64,000 nt of DNA from Eledone cirrhosa (lineage: Eukaryota): the NCBI GenBank assembly GCA_964016885.1, contig OZ024757.1, forward strand, positions 35,588,001-35,652,000, given 5' to 3'. How positions within the stretch are numbered: the first letter of the stretch is position 1; each line of letters opens with the position of its first letter. Below, piece after piece: positions 27,430-40,665 of this stretch. Both the position numbers and the translations under genes were made by a program. The notes beneath the pieces were generated by a model. The model did no database searches. It had not been told where the DNA came from and saw only the letters and a list, made by a program, of their open reading frames with translations.

Positions 27430-27474
<45 letters not shown>

Positions 27475-27754
27475 GAATTAGTATATCTACCAACATATGC
27501 GTACAGATGTACACTAATGCTAGCAAATACATAAGTTATGTCATAGTACCTAGGTGGTTCAATGCAGGAGGATGCAGAACAATAATATGAAAGACGTAAA
27601 ATAAGAAAATTTTTAAAAAATTTAAAAAAAAATTAAAAATTAACTTACTTAATATATATATGATTTTTAGAGGTTGACTGAGGAGACGGGACTGTCCGTA
27701 TTCCCGTTTTTTTTCCATTGGCTTTGTTCTGTGCGTACCCTATTCTGAATATAT

Positions 27755-27849
<95 letters not shown>

Positions 27850-27862
27850 CACACATACATAC

Positions 27863-27909
<47 letters not shown>

Positions 27910-27994
27910 CATATATAACGAAGGAGGTGTTGTAAGGAACCAGATGGACCATAACGCACCAGAGTACTCAATACTTACGGTAGTAGAGTGGGTA

Positions 27995-28119
27995 ATAGGA
28001 AAATGTTTAACCACGACGGCAGAGCTCAAGCCGTTTCGGCGGCTATTTCTCAACTCTGAGTCCAGAAATAGCCGTCGAAACGACTTGAGCTCTGCCGCCG
28101 GGGTTAAACATTTTCCTAT
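27995..28119. repeat. Foldback: ~56 bp inverted arms, 13 nt spacer
   Basis: ATAGGAAAATGTTTAACC...GGCTATTTCT / AGAAATAGCC...GGTTAAACATTTTCCTAT. Confidence 0.95.
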
Positions 28120-28338
28120 ATATATATATATATATAATTTTTTTAAATGACAAACAGATACAAAAACAATATAGTCTTATTAGTTTCACGCTTTGGATGA
28201 AAGAACAAAAACGTTCGACGTATTGGACGTTATCAGGATTGCAATAATTCAGAGATTAGAAAAAAAAGAGGAACTTGAGTGTGTGTTGCTTTTAATTTGT
28301 GTGTGTATCTGCGTGTATGTTGTTTGAATGGTATATAC

Positions 28339-28744
28339 CAGAAGTTCTCAAAGTGCCCCCACCCCCCACCACCCTCACCCTTCCCCCCTCACCCCGGGGG
28401 GCGCTGGGGCCTAAGAGGGGGGGGGGCGGTAGAAATGATACAATAGTATATTAAATATCAAATGTTACATATTATATATAAATATAGTAAAATAAAAAAT
28501 ATATAATAGATTTTTATACATAGTATATATTATATTTGTTTCTACTTTAGGCACAAGGCCAGCAATAACCCAGTTCATTACTGGTACTTTATTTTATCGA
28601 CCCCGTAAGGATGAAAGGCAAAGTCAACCTCGGCTATATTATATTATTTATCTATATATCTAAAACAGAATGTCTGCCTGTTCAGAAGATCCTGTTAAAG
28701 GTGAAAGCAGCGATTCTTTGCTTAAACTTTAATCTATTATTTTA

Positions 28745-28818
<74 letters not shown>

Positions 28819-28836
28819 ATATATATATATATATCC

Positions 28837-28867
<31 letters not shown>

Positions 28868-29188
28868 TATATATATATAATTATATATATAATTATATAT
28901 TCGTGTACAGATATTTTTGCATACACACTAACAAAATATAAACAAACGTATTTATTTCACGAGGCTCGATAAGGATAAATATATATCAAATATATAAGAA
29001 CTCAAGAGCAAATCCCGAGCAACGCCGGGCCATTCTGCTAGTTATATATAAATTAATGATTTTTTTTTTATTATATATTATTTACAGTTTGCGTGTAGAC
29101 AGGTCTGTCTGTAAATAGGGTTGGAGGTACTGGAGGGTATTACGTGGCTGTGAGGGGCTCGGTAGCCCCAAAAGTTTGAGAACCTCTG
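28339..29188. mobile_element. hAT MITE (same family as 12747, opposite orientation) with nested SINE fragment and Helitron
   Basis: TIRs CAGAAGTTCTCAAA / TTTGAGAACCTCTG; TSD GTATATAC / GTCTATAC (7/8). Confidence 0.8.
28651..29041 (+). mobile_element. Non-autonomous Helitron
   Basis: 5' TC after A, subterminal hairpin CCCGAGCAACGCCGGG, 3' CTAG followed by T. Confidence 0.8.
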
Positions 29189-29239
29189 GTCTATACATTG
29201 TGGTGGTGGCGATGTGTGTCTGGCTGTACTATCAACATT

Positions 29240-29800
29240 GTGGTGAATTGGCAGTATCGGTAGAGGGTCGGACGCCATGCTTCGTAGCATAGAGTTACGG
29301 CCCTTGCCATTCTGAGTTCAAATCCCGCCGAGGTTAACTTTGCCTTTCATCCTTACTGGGTCGATAAAATAAAGTACCAGTAATGGACTGGGGCCGATTT
29401 AATCGACTTTCCTCTCCCCCAAAATTGTTGGCCTTGTGCCAAATGTAGAAAGAATTACTATTAACTGTATTGCTCCTTTCTAGAGACCAACTTGAAAAGT
29501 ACATCTCATTTAGTCATTCCATGAGAGTATCTTGGTCAGCCTATGAACCTTTCAGCTGAGCCTCGTATAACAATTCCAAATAATTTGTTATATACATAAT
29601 ATACACACACAATAGATTGGCAGTATCGGTAGGGAGTCGGACATCATGCTTTGCAGCATATAGTTACGTCCCTTTACGATCTGAGTTCAAATCCCGCCAA
29701 GGTTGACTTTGCCTTTCATTCTTACGGGGTCGATAAAATAAAGTACCAGTAATACACTGGGGTAATTGCTGGCCTTGTGCCAAAAAGTAGAAACAATTAT
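29240..29800 (+). mobile_element. Two SINE copies (29240-29455, 29615-29800)
   Basis: A/B boxes and body as in other copies. Confidence 0.9.
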
Positions 29801-30069
29801 TGGGCATCTTTTCTTCTCTATAAATATTTCTCTCTTTCAGTTGTTATTGTGTAACTATTTCAAGTATTTCCTTAGAAATAGAATGACTTGAGATCTGAAG
29901 AAAATAATTCATCTAATAATTACATAGATTTGGTAGGAGTGGTTAATGAAACGACAAAAGAGAGAAAGAGAAGGGAAAAAGAAGGCAAGGATTGTTAAAC
30001 AATGAAAGAAAGGGGAGGGGGTGAGAGATTCTACAGCAGCTAAGTCGGAGTGGTGTTTCGGCTGAATCT

Positions 30070-30760
30070 CACGGACAATGACCTGCAACATCCGCTGCAA
30101 CAGCCATCCTACCTGGCAGTGCTCCTTCCTCGGATGGGCTGGTGTCATTCTGATTTTAGGGAGGAAGTTGGTTGTGCGGGGTCAGGAAACGCCTGAGGTC
30201 TCGACAGCATGAGGTCGCAACAGCCTGAGGTCTCGGCAGCCTGAGGTCTCGATAGCCTGAGGTCTCGATAGCCTGAGGTCTCGATAGCCTGAGGTCTCGA
30301 TAGCCTGAGGTCTCGATAGCCTGAGGTCTCGATAGTCTGAGGTCTCGACAGCCTGAGGTCTCGGTAGCCTGAGGTCTCGGTAGCCTGAGGTCTCGATAGC
30401 CTGAGGTCTCGATAGTCTGAGGTCTCGACAGCCTGAGGTCTCGATAGTCTGAGGTCTCGACAGCCTGAGGTCTCGATAGTCTGAGGTCTCGACAGCCTGA
30501 GGTCTCGATAGTCTGAGGTCTCGACAGCCTGAGGTCTCGACAGCCTGAGGTCTCAACAGCCTGAGGTCTCGACAGCCTGAGGTCTCAACAGTCTGAGGTC
30601 TCGACAGCCTGAGGTCTCGACAGCCTGAGGTCTCTGCAGCCTCAGGTCTTCGCAGCCTTAGGTCACGACATCCCGAGGTCTCGACACCCCGAGGTCTCGA
30701 TAGCCCGAGGTCTCGGCGGTGACCGGTGCAACGAGGAAGCTTATCTTCCTGTTCTCATAT
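30070..30760 (-). mobile_element. Decayed CRE-like RLE fragment interrupted by a minisatellite
   Basis: Minus strand YENRKISFLVAPVTAETSG-[array]-AVETSGVS*PRTTNFL..I...R.E..QVGWLLQRMLQVIVR, collinear with 43819-43610. Confidence 0.75.
30192..30716. repeat. 16 bp minisatellite CCTGAGGTCTCGA(C/T)AG, about 33 copies
   Basis: Directly visible; the 16-aa periodicity of ORF 30182-30556 equals 3 units. Confidence 0.95.
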
Positions 30761-30774
30761 ATACACAGTACATG

Positions 30775-30918
30775 ACCAGTAATTTATTTTATCGACCCCT
30801 AAAAGGATGAAAGTTAAAGTTACCCTCGGTGGGATTTGAACTCAGAATGTAGAGGGCCGTCATTATATGCTGCAAATCATTTTGTCCGACGCTCTGACGA
30901 TTCTACCAACCTACCACT
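30775..30918 (-). mobile_element. SINE just inside the MyoD intron
   Basis: TTTTATCGACCCC..GGATGAAAG..GGGATTTGAACTCAGAA. Confidence 0.8.
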
Positions 30919-30993
30919 CTAAACCAGAAAATGAATAAAAGAGTTAATTCACCAAACAACAACAACAACAACAAGAATATAGGAAAGAAATGT

Positions 30994-30999
30994 ACTCAC
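30994..30999 (-). other. 5' splice donor GTGAGT ending the MyoD coding exon (phase 0)
   Basis: ATG|GTGAGT after GSDYM; read-through gives only [16 protein letters not shown] from a (TTG)n tract. Confidence 0.85.
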
Positions 31000-32492
31000 C
31001 ATGTAATCAGAGCCACTGCTTGTTGATCCAGTATCGATCCGTATATCTGTGCCTTGATCTGATCGTCCGATTCTATTGCCGTGCAACAGCTCCTCCAGAC
31101 TCTCTATATACTCAATGGCGTTCCGAAGGATTTCCACTTTAGGAAGACGTTGGTTCGGATTCGGACACGTGCGACGTTTCAACGTCTCGAACGCTTCGTT
31201 CACTTTACGTAAACGTCGCCGTTCTCTCAGCGTGGCCGCTTTTCGCCGGTCAATGGTCACCGTCTTTTTCTTGCAGGCTTTACAGGCCCAGAGCAGACAG
31301 CGCCGATTGGGGCCGTGATAACCTGGAGCCAAGACATGGGGGACATGCTCATCAACGTCGTCGGAGGCAGACGAAGACGACGACAACGAAGATGATGGTG
31401 ACGATGAAGGAGAAGAAGCCATGTCCGATTTTTCGCTCAGTTCTTTCTCGTGTAACGACGAACAACTGACCTCATCATCCATTGATTTATCATCGATATC
31501 GCAATCACTGAGGCCAGCAGCATTTAACAGCATTTTATCTTCTTTGTCTGTTGCCTTCGTTTCTGAAACATGTCGCCTAGGTTTCGGTCCAGTGGTGCTA
31601 GTGGTGGGCCGCACCCCTCCGTTCCGAGATCGTTGTTCAAAAGCAGGGCCCCGTATCTTGTTTGTTGCCGTCTTCGACCTCAGCGTTTGGTATTCCTCCG
31701 ACTGCTCTTTCACACTCGCTCCAAATGGATGCGCTTTGCTGTTGCTTCTCGATTTACTACTCGTAGGAGCACTTCTGGCGCCGCTTGACCCTTTGTCCGT
31801 TGCGGCCAACTTATAGAACGAATGTTGTTGCTGTTGATGTTGTGGATGGTGGTTGTTGTTTTGAGAAGAAATTTGTTGTGGTTGTTGTGGTGGTTGGTGT
31901 TGTTGTTGCTGTTGTTGGTGTTGTTGTTGGTGCTGTTGTTGGTGTTGGTGTTGTTGTTGGTGTTGTTGCTGTTGTTGCTGTTGCTGTTGCTGTTGTTGCT
32001 GTTGTTGCTGTTGTTGAGGATGTGAATGATGATGATGATGGCTGCTGTTGTTGTTCTGTTGTTGATGATGATGACGCTGGGCTGTGTGCCGCAATAAAGG
32101 GGAGCTATTTAATTGTTCTAAGTCATTAAGATGCCGTTTGTTGGTGTTGTTGTTGTTGTTGATGCTACTATTATTATCACTGTTATTGTTGTCCTTGTTG
32201 TTGTTATTGTTGTTGTTAGTAGTAGCACTACTAGTAATAGTAGTGATAGTAGTAGTGGTAGAAGTAGTAGTGGTAGGGAAAGTAGTAGAAGTAGTAGTAT
32301 TTGTTATTGTTGTGGTTGTAGTGTTGTTATTTTCAATAATGTTGCTATTGTTATGTTTTATGTTGTTGTTGTTATTGCTATTGTTGTTGTTGTTGTTGTT
32401 GTTGTTGCTTTTGTTGTTAATATGACGCTGACCGTTACCACCACTACTACTACTACTGCTACTACTAGTATTGTTACTGTTGTTCTTGTTTG

Positions 32493-32523
<31 letters not shown>

Positions 32524-33024
32524 GGTGTTACTACGTGGTCTGTTACTCCGTGCACCGCCACCCCCACCACGAAAACCACCACCACCCCCACCACCGACAC
32601 CCCCACTGACACCCCCACCGACACCCCCACCGACACAACTACCCGTAGTGTTATTAGGACCCACGATGCCACCGTTTGTTAATAAGGTTTGCCCGAACCC
32701 GCCACCACTGTACAACCCCAGGTACTGCTGTCGGCCAAAACCTGCCCTTAGTTGGTAGTAACTGGAAGGACCACCAGCCGAATAGTAACCCGAACAAGAT
32801 GTGCCGCCACCGACACCGCCATCAACGCCAACGTTGGCCGACGATGGATGGGAATGTGAAATGTCCATGATATGGCGCGTGTCTGCTGTTTCCATGTCAA
32901 CGGCGGCGGCGGCGGTGGTTGGGCCAACCGTGTTAGAAGACGTTCGTATGTGGTGAGTATTTCCGTTATAAGCAGTACTATACTCGTACCGACAACTCCG
33001 ATAATCAGCCATCATCATCATCAT
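31000..33024 (-). CDS. MyoD: Myogenic regulatory factor MyoD/nautilus orthologue, first coding exon (675 codons; C-terminal exons not located)
   Basis: [21 protein letters not shown] His/Cys region followed by b[59 protein letters not shown] (31347-31084) with the myogenic Ala-Thr and Lys residues; exact start Met uncertain (run of five ATG). Confidence 0.97.
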
Positions 33025-34029
33025 TGCTTATATATATATATATCAAAATAAAAAATAATAATTTGTTTTCTTTCGGTAACAAGCCGCCCCTGGTTCTAAG
33101 ATGTAAAGCTGTTTATTTTAAAGTTTTTATTTAAAAACTTTCCATCATAAATTTATCATAAAACCTTTATTCAATTTCGTTCTAAACTCCAACTCAATAA
33201 CGAGAAACTTAGTAATATTACTAAATCCCTCCGAATTCTTGATTATTTTCAAAATTATTGGAACATTATAGGCAATATCTTTCAGTAAAAATATTGTAAT
33301 GAAACGGGTTAAAGTATTTATATTTATCTAAAAACGCCCTATCATAATTTTATGTAAAACCCTTTTATTTTCGAAACCCTAGTTCAATAATGAGCAAGTT
33401 AATTATATTACTAAATTCCTCTAAATTCTTGATTATTTTCAAAATTATTTGAACATCATTGGCAATATCATTCATTAGAAATATGGTTACAGATGTTTTG
33501 AAAGTGATATTATTTATATATTATTTATTTTATTTTAAACAAGTTTATAAATTGGTTACTTTAATTATCTTAAAATTACTTTTTAATTAGTTAGTTTTAC
33601 ATACAAATTGGAACCCGATGTAGTTTCAAATTTGTGATAAATGATCATCAACAGTAATAATAATCATTGAGTATCTGCATATATATTTACATATTTTCTG
33701 TGTGTAACATTTTATTGAAATATATAGGGGAAAATGATTATGGCATAACTTTTTATATAGGTGTGAATCTGCGTAAATGTTGACGGCGCGAGCTTACTAG
33801 CCTTTCTTTTTATAAGAACGGTATTGTACAATTTTAATCAGATATTTTTTTAACTAATTAAATAATTAGTCAATATACTTATGAATTTAATTAATTAATT
33901 ATCAGTCAGCTAGTCAAGACACAGTAGTAATTTAGTTAGGATGATATAGAAAATTAAATCGTTTGTTAGAAATAGAAATCGACCAAATTTATTAATAGAA
34001 TCTCTTGAATAATAAAAACAGAAATTGTT

Positions 34030-34284
34030 TTAACCCTTTCGTTATAATCCACCTGAAATCGGATCTGGTTTTATGATTGAAAGCTGCTTATTTTAAAATG
34101 CTTATATTTATGCTAAAACTTTTCAACGTAATTTTATGCAAAACTCCTTAAGTTGAATTTCATCCACTAGCTTAATAGTTTTAGCTATATTACTAAATCG
34201 CACCAAATCCTTGATTATTTACAAAATTACTTGGAAATCATGGGTGAGTGACCCTCACGAGACAAATAGTAACGAAATGCTTAA
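34030..34284. mobile_element. piggyBac-like MITE
   Basis: TTAA-CCCTTTCGTTA ... TAACGAAATGC-TTAA; related decayed copies at about 33085-33490. Confidence 0.5.
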
Positions 34285-34305
34285 CACACACTACAAACAA
34301 ACATA

Positions 34306-34520
<215 letters not shown>

Positions 34521-35076
34521 GGTGTCTGTATGTAAACAGTGAGTTTAACACTAAAGGTATAGAATCCTGTTTACTGAGAACTAAATATATTATAAAATAC
34601 TTGAATTATTTATTAATACTTTGTTTCTACTTTTGGCACAAAGCCAGCAATTATCCCAGTGTATTACTGGTACTTTATTGATATTGTTAATCAATATCTG
34701 TGTCTTATATTTAAATATATGATTAAATAATTGATTTTTACCTTGTTTTAATTCTAAACTAACAGTTTATATATCCCGCTACACGAATATGTAAACTTTG
34801 TGGAAGATAGCAACAAAATCTAATTATATAAATTATTTAAAGTCTTATTATTTTAATACCAAACCAAAAATATGTTTTTAAAATATAGCCATGCAATTTA
34901 ATTAAAATTTAATGTTAGCGAGTCTAAGACAAATTTTGAAATATATCAGTTCTTTACTTTTAACGAGTCGGTTATATTTAAAGATGAATAAATTTAATAT
35001 AAATCAAACCTATTTTAAAATTTAATTGAAAGCCTGACAGAATCGGACAGATAAATATAAATCGCTTAATATATGT

Positions 35077-35109
<33 letters not shown>

Positions 35110-35877
35110 AGTTTATATAACTATAAGATAAATATCAGAATTGGACCAATATAAATATCAAAACGTCTAATATATGTGTGTGTGTGTATTTATATATATA
35201 TAATTTAACTATACGTAAGTATATATATATATACACACACAAATCAGATTGGGCTTTCAAATAATTAGTCTAAAGCTAGCTAACTTGTTAATCTAAAGAG
35301 TATTAGTTAATATTTGACAGTCTTAAGGGAGAAAAGATAACTACCAGTTTTTTTATTTTAATTTTATTTTTGTATTTATATTTAATCAAAATAAATAGTT
35401 TACTTATATATTAACTTGTAATTATTATTATTATTTACATTATCTAATAAACCAAACAAGACAACAGATGTACTGAAATTTGGTAGTTAATTAATACTAG
35501 TTAATTAATACACACTTTTCTATTTCAGAGTAGATTATATTACAATAGAAATATTTTTTTTAATTAATTAATGAAAAAATTAAGCAAATTAAAGAACTAT
35601 TATATCTTTTAAATGTTTAATTGAAATCGAATAAAATCTTAATGAAAATACTGCAAAATTATACAATTGTCATGTAATTTTAATTAAAGACCTAATTTAG
35701 GTTATTATTAATCAGTTCTTGTTGTTTGTTTAGTATTAATTAGTTTGCACTTGTTTCACCCTAATTAATTAGGTTTAAAGATAAAAACAAGCAAAAACGA
35801 AATAATAAAAAACGAAACGTTACTTATTTCTATAAAGTACTTTATTTCTATAAAGTACTTACTAGCAACGACTTATC

Positions 35878-36545
35878 CATTTAAATGTTTAAAGTATCTT
35901 TACTAGTGGACAGATAATTGTGAAATTTGTAGAATTAGAAAAATGACTTTAATATTTAATGTGATGTAGTAATGGTGTTGTTTTGTACTTTACAAGATTA
36001 TCTTACTAATGTGGTTTCATACGGTTTATTAATTTAAATGTTTAGAGTATCTTTACTAGTGGACTGATCTTTGTGAAAATTTGTAGTATTAGAAAAATGA
36101 CATTAATATTTAATGTGATGTAGTAATGGTGTTGTTTTGTACTTTACAAGAATGTTTCATACGGTTTATTAATTTAAATGTTTATAGTATCTTTACTAGT
36201 GAACAGATAATTGTGAAAATTTGTAGTATTAGAAAAATGACATTAATATTTAATGTAATGCAGGCGTGGTGTTGTACTTTACAAGATTATCTTACTAATG
36301 TGGTTTCACGCGATTTATTAATTTAAATGTTTAGAGTATCTTTATTAGTGGACAGATAATTGCGAAAATTTGCAGTAAAGACTTTAGTTTTAATTTAATG
36401 TGATGCAGTACTAATGTGTTTCGTGCCTTGAAAATTGCAGTATTAAAATCTTTAGAGTTTGTTAATTCAAACATTTACAGTATCTTTACTAATGGAGAGA
36501 TTGTTGTGAAAATTTGCAGTATTACAAACTTTCATATTTTATGTA
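35878..36545. repeat. Imperfect ~140-150 bp tandem repeat, about 4.5 copies
   Basis: Recurrent ATTTAAATGTTTA.AGTATCTTTACTAGTG.ACAGATAATTGTGAAAATTTG. Confidence 0.85.
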
Positions 36546-36906
36546 ATGAAGTCATCAAAAAGGGTGGGAAATGGACAAGACTGTGGTTTACATCAAATAA
36601 AACATTTTCCCCTTATTTCTTTTTTTATCAATATAACAGAATATTCTGCCTAAATAATAACAACAAAAAAAAAAGTTATATCCTATAATGACAAAAAATT
36701 AAAATAGATACAAAAACCAATATTTCAACCTGTAGTCTTTAGTGTTATCTACTTTGGGAGACTGGTCGGATGTTATCCAAAATGTTGCTTCTGTCTTTAA
36801 TATTACTTTTTACTCTAAGGTTTTTTGTTGATATTTTGTTGATATTTTCATAATTTGGGGGTTGTGAAGAAGTTGGGATATATATGGTGATAGGTTTACA
36901 AAGGTT

Positions 36907-36955
<49 letters not shown>

Positions 36956-36993
36956 TGGTATACAAATATGTGTGTGTGTGTGTGTGTGTATAC

Positions 36994-37033
<40 letters not shown>

Positions 37034-37473
37034 AGATAGATATGTAGGTAGATATAGATATATGTATATATGCGTGTGTGTGTCAGTGTGTGTGTTTGTG
37101 TGTATATGTATGTGTTTATAATCAATAATATTTGGCTGTGGTTATTACAGTGATCCAATCAATGGCTTCGATGAAATATCGATATTTTCCTTTGAGTTTT
37201 TCACTATTTTTCTTCTACTATATAGTTTGTGTTACACATTCAGTTCGTTCTGGTTTGATTTATTTACCGAATATCTAATATATTATGTTCGATTTTGTAT
37301 CGATCTCGTATTCCTTTCAATTCATCTGCCCACCCGTTTCTCAGTTCAATAGCCTATTTATCCATCCATATACCCATCTGATTATGTGTGTCACTTTATA
37401 TCTATCTATCTATCTATATATATATTATATGTGTGTGTGTGTGTGTGTGTGAATGTGTGTTTGTGTGTATCTA

Positions 37474-37525
<52 letters not shown>

Positions 37526-38545
37526 TGTATATGGATGAATGTGTGTGTGTGTGTGTGTATCTCTATATATGTGTGTATTTATCTATCAGTCTATATATCT
37601 TTATATTTTCACAAGTATGTATTGTGCAGAGACTTCAACGACTTTTCTCAATATATCAATATATATATATATATTGATATATTGATATATTTTTATATAT
37701 ATGTTTATATATTTATATATAAATATATTTATATATTTATATGTTTATATATTTATATATATATATATATTTATATGTTTATATATTTATATATATATAT
37801 ATTTATATGTTTATATGTTTATATATTTATATATTTATATATATATATATTTATATATATATATATATTAATATATTTTATATATATATATATATATTAA
37901 TATATTTTATATATATATATTAATATATTTTATATATATATATATATATATTTTATATATATATTTTATATATATATTTTATATATATATTTATATATAT
38001 ATATTTATATATATATTTTATATATATATTTATATATATATTTATATATATATATTAATATATTGATATATATTTATATTAATATATTTTATATAATAAT
38101 TTATATATTTATATATATTAATATATTCATATATATATATATATATAAATATAAATATATATATATGTATATATATATTTATATATATATCAATATATTT
38201 TTATATATGTATATATTTATATATGTTTATATATATTTATATTTATATGTACGTATTATTTCTGTGTCGTCTGCCCCAGTCAATGTTTCATATTGTATGC
38301 ACGATGTTGTATAACTTAACTTACTTTCATCATATTATGTTAACAAATCATGAAAACGACAGCAAAAGCAGCGGAACTGTGTTTGTTATTATATAATAAA
38401 TCAGATATTTTTACTTCCATCATCATCATTGTCATCATAACATCTTCTCTCTTCTTAAAGACCAGCGTCTCTTTCATTCATTTTAGGGACAGTGAAAGGC
38501 TTCTTCATTCATTATTTACATACAAAACCTCAATGCCATATATAT

Positions 38546-38615
<70 letters not shown>

Positions 38616-38820
38616 GTATGTAGTATGTATGTATGTATGTATGTGTGTGTGTATGTATCTATGTATCTAAGTATATGTATGTATATATATATATATATGT
38701 ATGTATAGTCTATATGTGTGTATGTATATATATTATATATATATATATATATATATTATGTATATAAATTTAAGTATATATATATGTGTGTATGTATGTA
38801 TGTGTGTATGTATGTATGTA

Positions 38821-38861
<41 letters not shown>

Positions 38862-38927
38862 ATGTGTCTATATATGTATATATATATATGTATGTATGTA
38901 TATTATATATATATCTATATATGTATG

Positions 38928-38959
<32 letters not shown>

Positions 38960-39383
38960 TGTTATATATGTATATATATATGTGTATATATGTATGTTAT
39001 ATATATATATGTATTTTATATATATTCTTGTATGTTGTTCTTGTACATTTAAACGTTAATCTCAACTTCTGTCATAATTTCTTTCTAAGGTTTCAAAATA
39101 TACAAAAATATTCTCTTCATTTTTCGAATTTCTAATTTTTTTTGTCATCGAAATATTTGTCTTCGTCGTTGTTATTTTTTGTAGTTGTTGTTGTTGTTGC
39201 TGTTGTTGTTGTTGTTATTTCTGCTGCTGCTATTGTTGTTGTTGTTGTTGTTGTTATTGTTGTTGTCTCATCTGAAGGAAACGCAATATCTCTTTTGTGT
39301 TCACCTTATTACACATTACTTCTAATATACGCCTGTTCTGTCTTCTTGTCTTTATTGCCTTATATATTTTAAAGCATGACCAT

Positions 39384-39424
<41 letters not shown>

Positions 39425-39482
39425 ATATATATACGAACAAAATACAAGCTGATTAATGTGACTTCGGCCGGCTCCAATTCGT

Positions 39483-39558
<76 letters not shown>

Positions 39559-40459
39559 AGATAGATAGATAGATAGATAAATTCTTTTAAATGTTGCTGT
39601 TGTTATTGTTGTTGTTGTTGACAATATATATTTCTCTCTGCTTTCTTTTGTTATTAGTTCTACTATTATTATTATTGTTGTTGTTGACTAGTAAATCCTT
39701 GTGTTTAATGTGGTCTTTTCTTGTTGGTTTATATTTTTAGAAAACCTTTTTTGTATTCGATCAAAGTCGTTTCTGTGCAGACGTATTTCTTTCTTTGGAA
39801 TTTCAGTTAATTCTTCTTTAAAGAAAAGATCAACTAAGTATTTAAACTATTTAGAATACAGAAAGTTATTTCTATTGTCTTCGGCTCCGATTGTTTAGTA
39901 GTTAAACCAAACCAAAATGTCTTCAAAATCGTATTTTATCGATCGATCTCAGAAAAGACATACAAATTCAGTATCGATTTTGTTGTTATTGTATTCGTTG
40001 ATTTTTGTTTCTTTTGTTTTCGTATTTAAAATATATATGTCCAAATATTCTTTCTTGAACTCCAGGCTCAGGAGAAAAAGGTTAACACCGTAATCTAGGG
40101 TTGTCACCTTTAGTTTCAAGTTCAATCCCAGATGGTGTGATTTTTTTTTGATTTTTTTTTTTGATTTTATTTGTTTATACGTTGTGCATTGATTAAATTA
40201 AATACAGCAATAATAATAAGGGACTGACAATGCGGGGTTTCGATTCAACCGTCTATATATATATAGTTTATTGGTGTGTAATTTTCCGTTGCTATTGTTT
40301 CACTAGTGTGAGCTGTCGATTCCTCAGTGAGTTCGGTTTCCTATGTGGTATTGCACATTTGGTGTTACACCCTGGTCAGTATCCTTCACAAACAGAATGT
40401 TAATAAGGGTACTTATATAGAGAGATAGATAGATGTGTGTGTGTGTGTACAAATATATA

Positions 40460-40521
<62 letters not shown>

Positions 40522-40617
40522 GTGAGACAAAGTGTTTATAACTCCAACTTAGTCAACAGCCAAAACACATTTTCTTGAAATAAATGCGTGTGTGTGTGTA
40601 TGGCTGTGTGTGTATGG

Positions 40618-40665
<48 letters not shown>

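Noticed and set aside
27674-27712. CTGAGGA-GACGGGA...TCCCGTT half hammerhead
   Set aside because: GAAA and 3' half absent
28170-28245. Minus-strand CTGATAA...GAAACTAATA hammerhead-like string
   Set aside because: Core mutated and stems I/II do not pair convincingly
30949-30999. Last 16 codons of the 691-aa ORF
   Set aside because: Lie after a strong GTGAGT donor; most likely intron read-through
31076-32870. Plus-strand ORFs overlapping MyoD
   Set aside because: Antisense shadows of trinucleotide-repeat coding sequence
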